This document shows, in pieces, positions 36,754-46,150 of a stretch of 64,000 bases of DNA (its first letter is position 1; each line of letters begins with the position of its first letter). Source of the stretch: Actinomycetota bacterium. GTDB lineage: Bacteria > Actinomycetota > UBA4738 > HRBIN12. The position numbers were made by a program, and so were the translations under genes. Under the pieces are notes generated by a model. The model saw nothing but the letters and a program-made list of their open reading frames with translations. It ran no database searches and was not told the origin of the DNA. The stretch is from positions 1,954-65,953 of the forward strand of contig DASTPT010000032.1 in the NCBI GenBank assembly GCA_035762085.1. The letters run 5' to 3'.

Positions 36754-38067
36754 ATGAGCCACGTCTTCCGACGCGTCCTCACGCGGGAGCTGCCGCACGC
36801 GGCCCGCGCCGAGGGCGCCTGGATCACCGACACCGAGGGCAAGCGTTACCTGGACGCCGCGGGCGGCGCCGTCGTCTCGAACGTGGGGCACGGCGATCCG
36901 ACGCTGCTCGCCGCGATGGCCGAGCAGTCCGAGCGGGTCCAGTACGTGCACGGCACGATGTTCACGACGGACGCCCTCGAGGCGTACGCGGAGGACGTCG
37001 CGACGGTCCTGCCGATGGACGACGCGATGCTGTACCCGGTCTCCGGCGGCAGCGAGGCCGTCGAGACCGCCCTGAAGCTCGCGCGCACGTACCAGATCGC
37101 GCGCGGGGAGGACGCGCGGCACGTCGTGATCGGCCGCAAGCAGTCGTACCACGGCAACACGTTCGGGGCGTTGGACGTCGGCGGGAAGGACGCCCTCAAG
37201 GGGCCGTACCTGCCGTGGCTCGGCCGCTTCCGCCACACCGAGACGCCGTACGAGTACCGGTGCTCGGTGCAGGACCACCCCGTCGGCTGCGGCGTCCGCT
37301 ACGCGGAGGCGCTCGAGGCGTTGATCCTCGAGATCGGGCCCGAGAACGTCGCCGCGTTCATCGCCGAGCCGGTCGGGGGCGCCACGCTCGCGGCGACGGT
37401 GCCGACCGACGACTACTGGCCCGCGGTCGCCGAGGTCTGCCGTCGGCACGGCGTGCTCCTGATCGCCGACGAGGTCATGACCGGGTTCGGTCGCACCGGC
37501 CGTTGGTTCGGGCTGGACCACTGGGGCGTGCGGCCCGACATCCTGACCGCCGGCAAGGGCTCGACCAGCGGGTACTGGCCGTTCGGGTTCGCCGCCGCGA
37601 GCGCGGAGGTGTACGAGACCGTCAAGCCGAAGGGGTTCGTCCACGGGTTCACGTGGTCGCACAACGGCGTCGGGGCGGCCGTCGCCCACGCGACGCTTCG
37701 CCGCCTGCGCGAGGGCGACCTGGTCGAGGCCAGCCGCACGAAGGGCGAGCTGCTGCTGAAGGAGCTATCGGCCGATCTCGGGGACCACCCGAACGTCGGC
37801 GACGTCCGCGGCATCGGCCTCATGGTGGGCGTCGAGCCGGTCGCCGATCGCGGGTCGAAGGCCCCCTTCCCGCGCTCGGAGAGAGTGACCGAGCGGATCC
37901 TGGCCGAGGCCCGAGAGCGCGGCCTCCTGCTGTACTCGAGCACCGGGCACGTGAACGGCCGCGACGGGGACCTGGTGATGTTCGGGGCGCCGTTCATCCT
38001 GTCCGACGAGGAGCGGGCGTTCGCCGTGCGCGTCACACGCGAGGCCATCGCCGCCGCGCTGGGATGA
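36754..38067 (+). CDS. Class-III aminotransferase (omega-amino acid:pyruvate / DAPA-AT-like)
   Basis: …LIADEVMTGFGRTGRWFG… class III AT signature. Confidence 0.85.
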   Translation: MSHVFRRVLTRELPHAARAEGAWITDTEGKRYLDAAGGAVVSNVGHGDPTLLAAMAEQSERVQYVHGTMFTTDALEAYAEDVATVLPMDDAMLYPVSGGSEAVETALKLARTYQIARGEDARHVVIGRKQSYHGNTFGALDVGGKDALKGPYLPWLGRFRHTETPYEYRCSVQDHPVGCGVRYAEALEALILEIGPENVAAFIAEPVGGATLAATVPTDDYWPAVAEVCRRHGVLLIADEVMTGFGRTGRWFGLDHWGVRPDILTAGKGSTSGYWPFGFAAASAEVYETVKPKGFVHGFTWSHNGVGAAVAHATLRRLREGDLVEASRTKGELLLKELSADLGDHPNVGDVRGIGLMVGVEPVADRGSKAPFPRSERVTERILAEARERGLLLYSSTGHVNGRDGDLVMFGAPFILSDEERAFAVRVTREAIAAALG

Positions 38068-38071
38068 GCGC

Positions 38072-39220
38072 GTGAGCGGACGCGCGGGCCTGATCCTCGC
38101 ACCGGAGGCGCGGACCTACGACCTCGGGCCGCAGCACCCGTTCCGGCCCGAGCGCGTCCTGTTCACCTGGGACCTGATCCGCGCCTGCGGCCTCCTCGGG
38201 CTGCCGAACGTCGACGTCCTGCCCGGCAGGTCGGCCACGGACGAGGAGGTCCTGCTGGTCCACACGCCGGAGTTCGTCGACGCCACCCGGCGGGCGGGGC
38301 ACGGCGAAGAGGGTCCGTGGAGCCGGTACGGGTACGGACCCGGCGATAACCCGCTCTTCCCGAACATGCACGAGGCGGGGGCGACCGTGGTGGGTGCGAC
38401 GCTCGCGGCCGCCGAGACCGTCCTCGACGGGGGAGCGGCGCACGCGTTCAACGCGTCGGGCGGCTTGCACCACGCGATGCCCGGCCGTGTCTCGGGGTTC
38501 TGCGTCTACAACGACGTCGCCGCCGCGATCGCGTGGCTCCTGGGGCGCGGGGTCGAGCGCGTCGCGTACGTCGACGTGGACGTGCACCACGGGGACGGCG
38601 TGCAGGAGATCTTCTACGCGGACCCCCGGGTCCTCACGATCTCGATCCACGAGTCGGGTGAGTACCTGTTCCCCGGCACCGGGTTCGTGAGCGAGCGGGG
38701 CGAGGGCGAGGCCGAGGGCACGAAGGTGAACGTGCCGCTGCACCCGGGCACCGGCGACGACGCATGGCTCGAGGCCTTCCGGGAGGTGGTGCCGCCCCTG
38801 GTTCGGCGTTGGAGGCCGGACGTGCTCGTGACGCAGCTCGGTTGCGACACGCACGCGACCGATCCGCTCGCCCACCTGCGGCTGACGACCCGATCGTACC
38901 GGGAGACCGCGAAGATGCTCCACGACCTCGCGCACGAAGTGACCCACGGGCGGTGGGTCGCCACGGGCGGCGGCGGCTACCAGTGGGCGCGGGTGGTGCC
39001 GCGAGCGTGGACGCTGTACTTCGCAGAGATGGCGGACGCCGAGCTCCCCGATCACCTGCCGGAGTCCTGGCTGGAGCAGGTCGAGTTCCAGCTCCGCGGC
39101 GAGGTGCCCGTCACGTTCAGCGAGGAGCCGCTGCCCTCGAGGGGGGAGGACACCGCGACGAAGGGCGTGATCGATCTGGTCCGGCGGACGGTGTTCCCGC
39201 CGCTCGGCCTGGAGCCATGA
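38072..39220 (+). CDS. Histone-deacetylase-family amidohydrolase (AcuC / acetylpolyamine amidohydrolase-like)
   Basis: HDAC fold motifs (GFCVYNDVA…DVDVHHGDG…). Follows the upstream aminotransferase with only a 4-nt gap. Confidence 0.82.
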   Translation: MSGRAGLILAPEARTYDLGPQHPFRPERVLFTWDLIRACGLLGLPNVDVLPGRSATDEEVLLVHTPEFVDATRRAGHGEEGPWSRYGYGPGDNPLFPNMHEAGATVVGATLAAAETVLDGGAAHAFNASGGLHHAMPGRVSGFCVYNDVAAAIAWLLGRGVERVAYVDVDVHHGDGVQEIFYADPRVLTISIHESGEYLFPGTGFVSERGEGEAEGTKVNVPLHPGTGDDAWLEAFREVVPPLVRRWRPDVLVTQLGCDTHATDPLAHLRLTTRSYRETAKMLHDLAHEVTHGRWVATGGGGYQWARVVPRAWTLYFAEMADAELPDHLPESWLEQVEFQLRGEVPVTFSEEPLPSRGEDTATKGVIDLVRRTVFPPLGLEP

Positions 39221-40635
39221 GCCCGCGCCGCGCGAAGCTCGTCTGTACGCTCGGCCCGGCCAGCGCGGGCCGGGACGTCGTGATGGACCTGATCGCCGCG
39301 GGGACCGACGTCTTCCGCGTGAACCTCTCGCACGGCGATGCCGCGGAGCACTCGGCGCTCGTCGCCGCCGTGCGCGCCGCCGCCCAGGACTCCGGCGCCG
39401 AGCCGGCGGTGATGGCGGACCTCCCGGGCCCGAAGATCCGCCTGGGCGAGATGGGCGACCGACCGGTCCGGCTGGAGGCCGGCTCGACGTTCGTCCTCCG
39501 CGCCGACGATGGGCCGGGCGACGTGACGGGCGCGTCGACGACCTACGCGAGCCTCGGGCGCGACGTCCGTGCCGGCGACCGGATCCTGCTCGCCGACGGC
39601 GCGGTCGAGCTGTGCGTCCGCGAGGCCGGCGCAGAGGTGGTCACCGATGTCGTGAAGTCGGGCTCGGTGCGCTCGCGCGCCGGGGTGAACGTTCCGGCCG
39701 AGCGGCTCTCGCTCCCCGCGATCACCGAACGTGACCGCGAGGCGCTGACGAGCGCGCTCGACATGGGCGTGGACCTGGTCGCGCAATCCTTCGTTCGCAC
39801 CGTCGCCGACGTGATCGGCCTCCGCGCGCTCATGGGCTGGCGCGCGGTGCCGATCGTCGCGAAGATCGAGACGCGGCCCGCGGTCGAGGGGATCGATGCG
39901 ATCCTGACGCAGGCGGACGCGATCATGGTCGCCCGCGGCGACCTCGGCGTCGAGCTGCCGATGGAGGAGATCCCGGTGCTCCAGAAGGAGATCCTGCGCA
40001 GCGCGCGCGCGGCCGGGCGACCGGCGGTCGTGGCCACGCAGATGCTCGAGTCGATGCTCCACGCCCCTCGGCCGACGCGTGCCGAGGCGAGCGACGTCGC
40101 CAACGCGGTGCTCGACGGCGCCGACGCGATCATGCTCTCGGGCGAGACGGCGATCGGCGAGTACGCCCTCGAGGCGGCGCGCGCGGCGGAGCGGATCGCC
40201 GGGGTCGCCGAGGAGCGCGCGGGCGGCTTCCGCACGGCGGGGCCCGCGCCCCCGCACGCGGACGAGGCCGCCGCCGTGGCGCATGCGGCCGCGCAGATCG
40301 CGGCCGACGACCCCGCGGTCGTCGCCATCGCCTGCTACACGGAGACCGGCCGCACGGCGGGGCTGCTCTCGGTCGAGCGCCCGGGCGTGCCGATCTACGC
40401 GTTCGTTCCCGATCCGAAGATCCGGCGCGCCCTCAACATCCGGTGGGGCGTCCGTGGGCTCCCAGCCGAGCCGCCAGCAGACACCGACGCGATGATCGCG
40501 CTCATGGCGGACGGCCTGCGGGCGAGCGGCGCCGTCCGCGAGGGGCGCTCGGTCGTCATGGCGGCCTCGATGCCGGCCGGCAAGGCTCACACGAACATGC
40601 TGAAGGTCCATCAGCTCGGCGAGCCCGTCCGCTGA
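39217..40635 (+). CDS. pyk: Pyruvate kinase
   Basis: Full pyruvate kinase barrel plus C-terminal domain (…KIETRPAVEGIDAIL…MVARGDLGVELP…). Its ATG overlaps the upstream stop (ATGA). Confidence 0.9.
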   Translation: MSPRRAKLVCTLGPASAGRDVVMDLIAAGTDVFRVNLSHGDAAEHSALVAAVRAAAQDSGAEPAVMADLPGPKIRLGEMGDRPVRLEAGSTFVLRADDGPGDVTGASTTYASLGRDVRAGDRILLADGAVELCVREAGAEVVTDVVKSGSVRSRAGVNVPAERLSLPAITERDREALTSALDMGVDLVAQSFVRTVADVIGLRALMGWRAVPIVAKIETRPAVEGIDAILTQADAIMVARGDLGVELPMEEIPVLQKEILRSARAAGRPAVVATQMLESMLHAPRPTRAEASDVANAVLDGADAIMLSGETAIGEYALEAARAAERIAGVAEERAGGFRTAGPAPPHADEAAAVAHAAAQIAADDPAVVAIACYTETGRTAGLLSVERPGVPIYAFVPDPKIRRALNIRWGVRGLPAEPPADTDAMIALMADGLRASGAVREGRSVVMAASMPAGKAHTNMLKVHQLGEPVR

Positions 40636-40640
40636 CGCGG

Positions 40641-41450
40641 TCAGCCCGGTGACGTCCGGTCCGGACGGGCATCGCGCCCCGTGTGGCCCCGCCGCGTGAC
40701 GCGGCCGACGCCCCAGCGGTACAGGGGCGGCGTGAGGACGCGGAACGCCTGCGCCGCCGCGAGCGGCCGCGGGATCGACACCTCGGGCCCACGATCGCGC
40801 CGCACGACGTCGACGATGATCCGCGCGACGTGCTCGCGCCGCATCACGAGGGGTCGAGGGACGTCCTCCTGCGGGAAGCCCTCGGTCTTCGTGAAGCCCG
40901 GGTTCACCGTCGTGACGAGGATCCCGAACGGCTTCAGCTCGTAGTACAGGGACTCGCCGAACGCGACGACCGCGTGCTTCGACGCGCCATAGACGGCCGA
41001 TCCGGGCGTCGCGTACCGCCCGGCGAGCGACGCGACGTTCACGACGTGGCCGCGGCGCCGTTCGAGCATCATCGGCAGGAACGCACGGGTCCCGAGCATC
41101 ACCCCGAGGAGGTTCACGCGCACGACGCGCTCGATCTGGGCTGGCGAGAGGCCCCGGAAGGGACCGCCGCCGGGGATGCCGGCGTTGTTCACGAGCACGT
41201 CGCACCGCCCGTAGGCCTCGTCGGTCCGCGCGACCAGCTCGGCGAGGTCCGCGGGCTCGGCGACGTCACACGGCACGGGCAGCGCCTCGCCGCCGTGGGC
41301 GCCGATCCGCTCGGCGAGCGCCTCGAGCCGCTCGAGCCGCCGCGCCGCCAGCACGACCGTGGCGCCCCCGCGCGCGAGGAGCAGCGCCGTGCTCTCGCCG
41401 ATGCCGGAGGACGCGCCCGTCACGACGGCGACGGCGTCGCGTAGATCCAC
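40641..41450 (-). CDS. Short-chain dehydrogenase/reductase (SDR)
   Basis: TGASSGIG…NNAG…YGASK classical SDR motifs. Confidence 0.85.
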   Translation of the reverse strand: MDLRDAVAVVTGASSGIGESTALLLARGGATVVLAARRLERLEALAERIGAHGGEALPVPCDVAEPADLAELVARTDEAYGRCDVLVNNAGIPGGGPFRGLSPAQIERVVRVNLLGVMLGTRAFLPMMLERRRGHVVNVASLAGRYATPGSAVYGASKHAVVAFGESLYYELKPFGILVTTVNPGFTKTEGFPQEDVPRPLVMRREHVARIIVDVVRRDRGPEVSIPRPLAAAQAFRVLTPPLYRWGVGRVTRRGHTGRDARPDRTSPG

Positions 41451-41454
41451 GCGG

Positions 41455-42231
41455 TCAGGCCTCGCGGGCGCTCGTGACGGTCTGGCCGCCGTCCACCACG
41501 AGCACCTCGCCGGTGATGAACGACGCCGCCGGCGAGCACAGGAACACGGCGGGCGCGGCGACCTCCTCGGGCCGCCCCCACCTGCCCATCGGGATCTGCG
41601 CGAGGATCCGGGCCTCCGCCTCGGGGTCGTCGCGCTCCGGCTGGTTCATCGGCGTGTCGATCCAACCCGGTGCGATCGCGTTGACCCGCACGCCACGCGC
41701 GGCCCACTCGAGGGCGGTCGTCTTCGTCAGGCTGATGACCGCGGCCTTCGCGGCGTTGTAGTAGGCGAGACCGGGCTCGGCCATGTAGCCGTCGATCGAG
41801 GCCAGGTTGAGCACGCAGCCCGAACCCTGCCCGAGCAGCACCTCGCCGGCCGCCCGCGTGCCGACCACGACCGAGCCGAAGTTCGCGTCGAAGTACTTCC
41901 GGAAGCCATCGGGCCGGGTCTCCATGAACGTCGCGGTGAACGGCGCGACCCCCGCGTTGTTCACCATGACGTCGAGCCTGCCGAGCTGGGCGACCGTGGT
42001 GCGCACGAGCGCGCGGACCGCTTCCTCGTCGGTCGCGTCGGTGGGCACGACGAGGGCCCGGCGTCCGAGCGCGCGGATCTCCTCGGCCGCGGCCTCCAGC
42101 TCGGGGACGGTGCGGGCGGCGACGGTCACGTCCGCGCCGGCCCGCCCGAGCGCGAGCGCGATCGCCCGGCCGATGCCGCGCCCGGCGCCGGTGACGATCG
42201 CGACCTGGCCGTCGAGCGAGGGTTCGTCCAC
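41455..42231 (-). CDS. SDR-family oxidoreductase (FabG-like)
   Basis: VTGAGRGIG…NNAG…YNAAK motifs. GTG start at 42231 chosen; the ORF-track N-terminal extension has low-complexity coding bias. Confidence 0.8.
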   Translation of the reverse strand: MDEPSLDGQVAIVTGAGRGIGRAIALALGRAGADVTVAARTVPELEAAAEEIRALGRRALVVPTDATDEEAVRALVRTTVAQLGRLDVMVNNAGVAPFTATFMETRPDGFRKYFDANFGSVVVGTRAAGEVLLGQGSGCVLNLASIDGYMAEPGLAYYNAAKAAVISLTKTTALEWAARGVRVNAIAPGWIDTPMNQPERDDPEAEARILAQIPMGRWGRPEEVAAPAVFLCSPAASFITGEVLVVDGGQTVTSAREA

Positions 42232-42247
42232 GTCGGGCTCCCGTACG

Positions 42248-43090
42248 ATGAGTCTCGCGATGGACGTTACCGCACAGCACGCCGCCCAGCTGCCGGGCAT
42301 CGACGACCGCTGGGAGCCTCGACCGTACCCGCGGGCGGAGCTCCGTCGCGGGCTCCTCGAGGGCCGCATCGCCGGTCCCGAGGTCAGCCACCCGATGGAC
42401 AACGTCCGGCGCAACGCCCGGCTGTTGATCGAGGGCGACCCCGACAAGCAGTTCGGGATGACGGGGCTCGCCGGCGCGATGCCCGTCGAGCGGGTCCTGC
42501 AGATCGTCGGGCGAGCCTCGGGCTTCATCCCCCATCCCGAGTGGCGGACGGGCCCGGTGCCCGTGGACCCGGATCTGGTGCTCGACGCCTGCGCGGCCGT
42601 CGGGGACGCCCTGGCCGGCGTCGTCCGGGCGGGCGGCAGCGTGATCCTGGCGACCGGCCACCCGACCGGGCTCGCGCACCTGTACATCGAGGTGGGGCGG
42701 CAGCTGCGCGCCCGGGGGGTGAAGCTGCTCCAGCCGTTCGAGGCGGTTCCCTGGCGGGAGCCTGGACGACACCACCGCTGGGAGGTCCGTTACCTCCAGG
42801 CTGTCGCGATGCTCACCGACGGAGCCTCGATGAAGCACACGCACAGCGGCGAGCCGATGGCGCGGATGCTCGGCGAGCAGCGCCCGGACCTGGTCTTCGC
42901 GGACCACGGGTTCGCCGGCGCCGCGATCGAGCGGGAGGTCCCCACGGTCTCGATCGCCGACGTCAACGACCCCGCTCTGCTCGTGGCCAGGGACCAGGGG
43001 CGCACCGACACCGTCGTCGTGATGGACGACAACGTGCGGCCGGAGGACTACTGGCCGTGCTTCCAAGCCATCGCGGCGCGGCTGCCCTGA
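42248..43090 (+). CDS. Conserved hypothetical protein (280 aa)
   Basis: ATG at 42248 ([10 protein letters not shown]…). High GC3. No domain confidently recognised. Confidence 0.55.
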   Translation: MSLAMDVTAQHAAQLPGIDDRWEPRPYPRAELRRGLLEGRIAGPEVSHPMDNVRRNARLLIEGDPDKQFGMTGLAGAMPVERVLQIVGRASGFIPHPEWRTGPVPVDPDLVLDACAAVGDALAGVVRAGGSVILATGHPTGLAHLYIEVGRQLRARGVKLLQPFEAVPWREPGRHHRWEVRYLQAVAMLTDGASMKHTHSGEPMARMLGEQRPDLVFADHGFAGAAIEREVPTVSIADVNDPALLVARDQGRTDTVVVMDDNVRPEDYWPCFQAIAARLP

Positions 43091-43268
43091 CCCCGCGGGC
43101 GGGAAGCCCCGCCCCGCCGTAGGATAGGCCCCACGTTGACGACCACACCTTCCAACGAGGCTCGGTTCGAACGCGCGTCGGGGGTCCGAGACCCCCTGCC
43201 TGAGATGATCCTGTCCGCTCGTCGGCATCGGGGACGGGAGGGCCCGACGCCCGGATAGTCCACCTCGC

Positions 43269-44198
43269 GTGAGACGGGCCTCCGGGAGGACGACACCGGA
43301 GGCAAGGGTGAACGAGCACGAAGCGCTCGTCGAGGAGGCGGTGCGGACCAAGCACACCGTCGTCCTGTTCGGCGGGCTCGACACGGGCAAGAGCACGCTG
43401 TCGCGCGCGCTGCTCGCGGCCGCCGTGGCCGAGGGTCGCCCGTCGGCCTTCCTGGACGCCGACGTGGGGCAGAAGACCGTGGGTCCGCCCGCGACCGTGA
43501 CCCTGAAGATGATCCGCGTGGCTGAAGACCTGGAGCCGGCCGCGATGGCGCAGGAGGACGGGCTGTGGTTCGTCGGTTCCACCTCGCCCGAGGGCCACCT
43601 TCTCCAGGTCGTCACCGGCGTGGCCAGCCTGTTCCGGCAGGCGAAAGAGGCGGGCGCGGACTTCGTGGTGATGGACTCGAGCGGCCTCGTCTCCGGCGTC
43701 CACGGCCAGATCCTCAAGTACCACAAGGTCGAGATGCTCCGGCCCGACCTGGTCGTGGGCCTCCAGCGCGGCGAGGAACTCCTGCCGCTGCTCGGCGTGA
43801 TCCAGCGGTTCTTCGCGACCGAGGTCGTCCCACTCGGGGTCCATCCCGGGGTCGTGCCAACCACCGTCGAGCAGCGCGCCGTGAACCGCGAGCGGGCGAT
43901 GGCCCGGTACTTCGGCGAGGACCTCCACCGGTTCCGGGTCAAGCCAACGGTGTTCATGCCGGCGTTGCCGCCACTGTTCGACCTGGCCCAGCTCGACCAC
44001 CTGCTCGTCGGTCTGTCCGACGGCGCTGGGGGCTACCTGGGGCTCGGGTACCTCGAGCACGTCGTCGAGGAGGGCGTCCTTCGCCTGATCTCCCCCGTGG
44101 CAGCGGGCCCGAAGGCGCTTAGACTGGGGTCCGTTCGCCTGGAGGGGGGCTACCGCGCGAAGCGGGTGGACCTCCGCAACCTGTTCGGTTCTGGATGA
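43269..44198 (+). CDS. Clp1/Grc3-like P-loop polynucleotide kinase family protein
   Basis: Walker A VVLFGGLDTGKSTLSRAL plus DSSGLV motif typical of the CLP1_P family. The start may be the GTG ~40 nt downstream. Confidence 0.6.
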   Translation: MRRASGRTTPEARVNEHEALVEEAVRTKHTVVLFGGLDTGKSTLSRALLAAAVAEGRPSAFLDADVGQKTVGPPATVTLKMIRVAEDLEPAAMAQEDGLWFVGSTSPEGHLLQVVTGVASLFRQAKEAGADFVVMDSSGLVSGVHGQILKYHKVEMLRPDLVVGLQRGEELLPLLGVIQRFFATEVVPLGVHPGVVPTTVEQRAVNRERAMARYFGEDLHRFRVKPTVFMPALPPLFDLAQLDHLLVGLSDGAGGYLGLGYLEHVVEEGVLRLISPVAAGPKALRLGSVRLEGGYRAKRVDLRNLFGSG

Positions 44199-44223
44199 CT
44201 GAGGGACACAGAAGGGACGTCGC

Positions 44224-44325
44224 TTGCCGTCGCTGATCAAGAAGCGCCGCAAGAAGATGCGGAAGAAGAAACACAAGAAGCTGCTGAAGAAGACCCGCTG
44301 GCAGCGTCGGCAGCAGGGTCGGTAG
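44224..44325 (+). CDS. rpsV: 30S ribosomal protein bS22 (33 aa), unannotated and below the ORF-track cutoff
   Basis: TTG start preceded by GAAGGGAC RBS. Translation MPSLIKKRRKKMRKKKHKKLLKKTRWQRRQQGR closely matches mycobacterial bS22 ([33 protein letters not shown]). Confidence 0.75.
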   Translation: MPSLIKKRRKKMRKKKHKKLLKKTRWQRRQQGR

Positions 44326-44344
44326 GAACGCGGAGCTCGTCCCG

Positions 44345-45109
44345 ATGCGCGTGACGGGGCGGGACCGGACCGGCCTCGCGCAGGCGCTCGTGGCACTCCT
44401 CGTGTTCGCGACGCTCGCCGTCGCGTGCGGCGAGGACGAGCCGTCCGCAACCGTGGCCCCCGAGGATTCGGAGGCGGTGACCTTCGCGTCCGCCGACGGG
44501 GTCGAGCTCGAGGGGAGACTCTTCGGGGAAGGCTCGGTCGGCGTGGTCCTGTCCCACATGCGGCCCGCCGACCAGACATCGTGGTGGGACTTCGCGCAGG
44601 ACCTCGTGGACCAGGGGTATCTCGTGCTCACGTACGATGCCCGGGGGTATTGTCCCGGCGCAGTGGCCGGGTGCTCGCAGGGGGAGCGGGACCTCGGCGA
44701 GATCTGGCGGGACGTCGTCGGCGCCGTCGACCTCGTCCGCTCGCGAGGAGCCAACCGCGTCGTGCTGATCGGAGCGAGCATGGGTGGCACGGCCTCGCTG
44801 CTCGCGGCCTCCGAGGACGGGGTGTCGGCCGATGTGGTCGTGGCCCTCTCGGCGCCGGCGTCGTTCGAGGGGATGAACCTCACGCCGGAGGTGCTCACGA
44901 AGATCACGGCGGCCAAGCTGTTCGTCGCCGGCACCGGCGACGGGTCGGCGCCGGACGACGCCCAGGCGCTCTACGCCGCCTCGCCGCCGCCCAAGCGCGT
45001 CGAGATCCTCACGACCGACGACCACGGCACCGACATCCTGGACGGGAACCAGTCGGGACGCGCTCGGAACCTGATCCTGACCTACCTGGAGCAGTACGTG
45101 GGCCGATGA
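44345..45109 (+). CDS. Alpha/beta-hydrolase lipoprotein
   Basis: Lipoprotein signal with LAVAC lipobox. GASMGG nucleophile-elbow motif. Confidence 0.75.
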   Translation: MRVTGRDRTGLAQALVALLVFATLAVACGEDEPSATVAPEDSEAVTFASADGVELEGRLFGEGSVGVVLSHMRPADQTSWWDFAQDLVDQGYLVLTYDARGYCPGAVAGCSQGERDLGEIWRDVVGAVDLVRSRGANRVVLIGASMGGTASLLAASEDGVSADVVVALSAPASFEGMNLTPEVLTKITAAKLFVAGTGDGSAPDDAQALYAASPPPKRVEILTTDDHGTDILDGNQSGRARNLILTYLEQYVGR

Positions 45110-45894
45110 GCCGGACGATCGTCTTCCTCACCGACTACGGGCTGGCCGACGGCTTCGTCGGCGTCTGCCACGGCGTGATCGCCCGGATCGCGCCCGACGC
45201 CCGGGTGATCGACCTCGCGCACCAGGTCGTCCGCCAGGACGTGCTGGGCGGCGCGATCGCGCTCGCGCGCTCGACGCGGTTCATGCCCGACGACGCCGTC
45301 TACCTGGCCGTCGTCGATCCCGGCGTCGGGTCCGAACGCCGGCCGATCGCCGTCGAGACGCGAGCCGGCGCCGCCCTCGTCGGCCCCGACAACGGGTTGC
45401 TCTCGATGACGTGGGCCGAGCTCGGGGGCGCGGAGCGAGCCGTCGAGGTCTCGGCACCCGAGGTGCTCCTGCACCCGGTGTCGAGGACATTCCACGGTCG
45501 CGACGTGTTCGCGCCCGCCGCCGCACATCTGGCCGCCGGGCTCGGGCTCGAGGATCTGGGACCGCCCGTCGCACTCGATCGGCTCCACGTCGTGGACCTG
45601 CCGGCGCCGATGGTCACGCCTGGCTCGGTCGGGGCCCGGGTGGTGGCCGTGGACGGGTTCGGCAACGTGCAGCTGAACGCCACCGCGGCCGAGCTCGAGG
45701 CCGGCGGCCTCGGCCCGACGCTCGCGATCGGGGCGCGCGACGTTCCGAGGGTCGCCACGTTCGCCGAGGTCCCGTTCGGGGCGTGCGGCGCGATCGTGGA
45801 CTCAGAGGGGTTCGTCGCGCTCGTGGTGAACCACGGCAGCGCGGCGCAGCTGCTCGGCCTGTCGGTGGGGGACACGGTCGTCCTCGCGGGCTGA
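45106..45894 (+). CDS. SAM hydroxide adenosyltransferase (DUF62 / SAM hydrolase, fluorinase-chlorinase fold)
   Basis: MSRTIVFLTDYG…HVVDPGVG… signature of the DUF62 family. ATGA-coupled to the upstream hydrolase. Confidence 0.75.
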   Translation: MSRTIVFLTDYGLADGFVGVCHGVIARIAPDARVIDLAHQVVRQDVLGGAIALARSTRFMPDDAVYLAVVDPGVGSERRPIAVETRAGAALVGPDNGLLSMTWAELGGAERAVEVSAPEVLLHPVSRTFHGRDVFAPAAAHLAAGLGLEDLGPPVALDRLHVVDLPAPMVTPGSVGARVVAVDGFGNVQLNATAAELEAGGLGPTLAIGARDVPRVATFAEVPFGACGAIVDSEGFVALVVNHGSAAQLLGLSVGDTVVLAG

Positions 45895-45912
45895 GTCGTC
45901 CGCTCGCCCCGC

Positions 45913-46062
45913 CTAGGGCGTCGCCGAGACCGGGGGAAAGGGCGTCCCCGGGATCGGACCGTCGTACGGGATGTCGGGTCCGCCCATCGTGAACTGCGCG
46001 ATCGCCGCGATCGCCAGCAGGGAGACAAGCACGATCAGCGTTATCTTCGTGAACGGGCGCAC
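45913..46062 (-). CDS. Possible tiny single-TM protein (49 aa)
   Basis: GTG-initiated ORF. Translation VRPFTKITLIVLVSLLAIAAIAQFTMGGPDIPYDGPIPGTPFPPVSATP. No clear RBS. Sits in an otherwise empty 250-bp gap. Confidence 0.25.
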   Translation of the reverse strand: MRPFTKITLIVLVSLLAIAAIAQFTMGGPDIPYDGPIPGTPFPPVSATP

Positions 46063-46150
46063 GGCCCGAGGCTAGCAGGCCCGACACGTCGCCCGGACGT
46101 CGAAGGGGGCCGGAGATCCCGGCCCCCTCGACCTTGCGGCGAGTGGTTGG

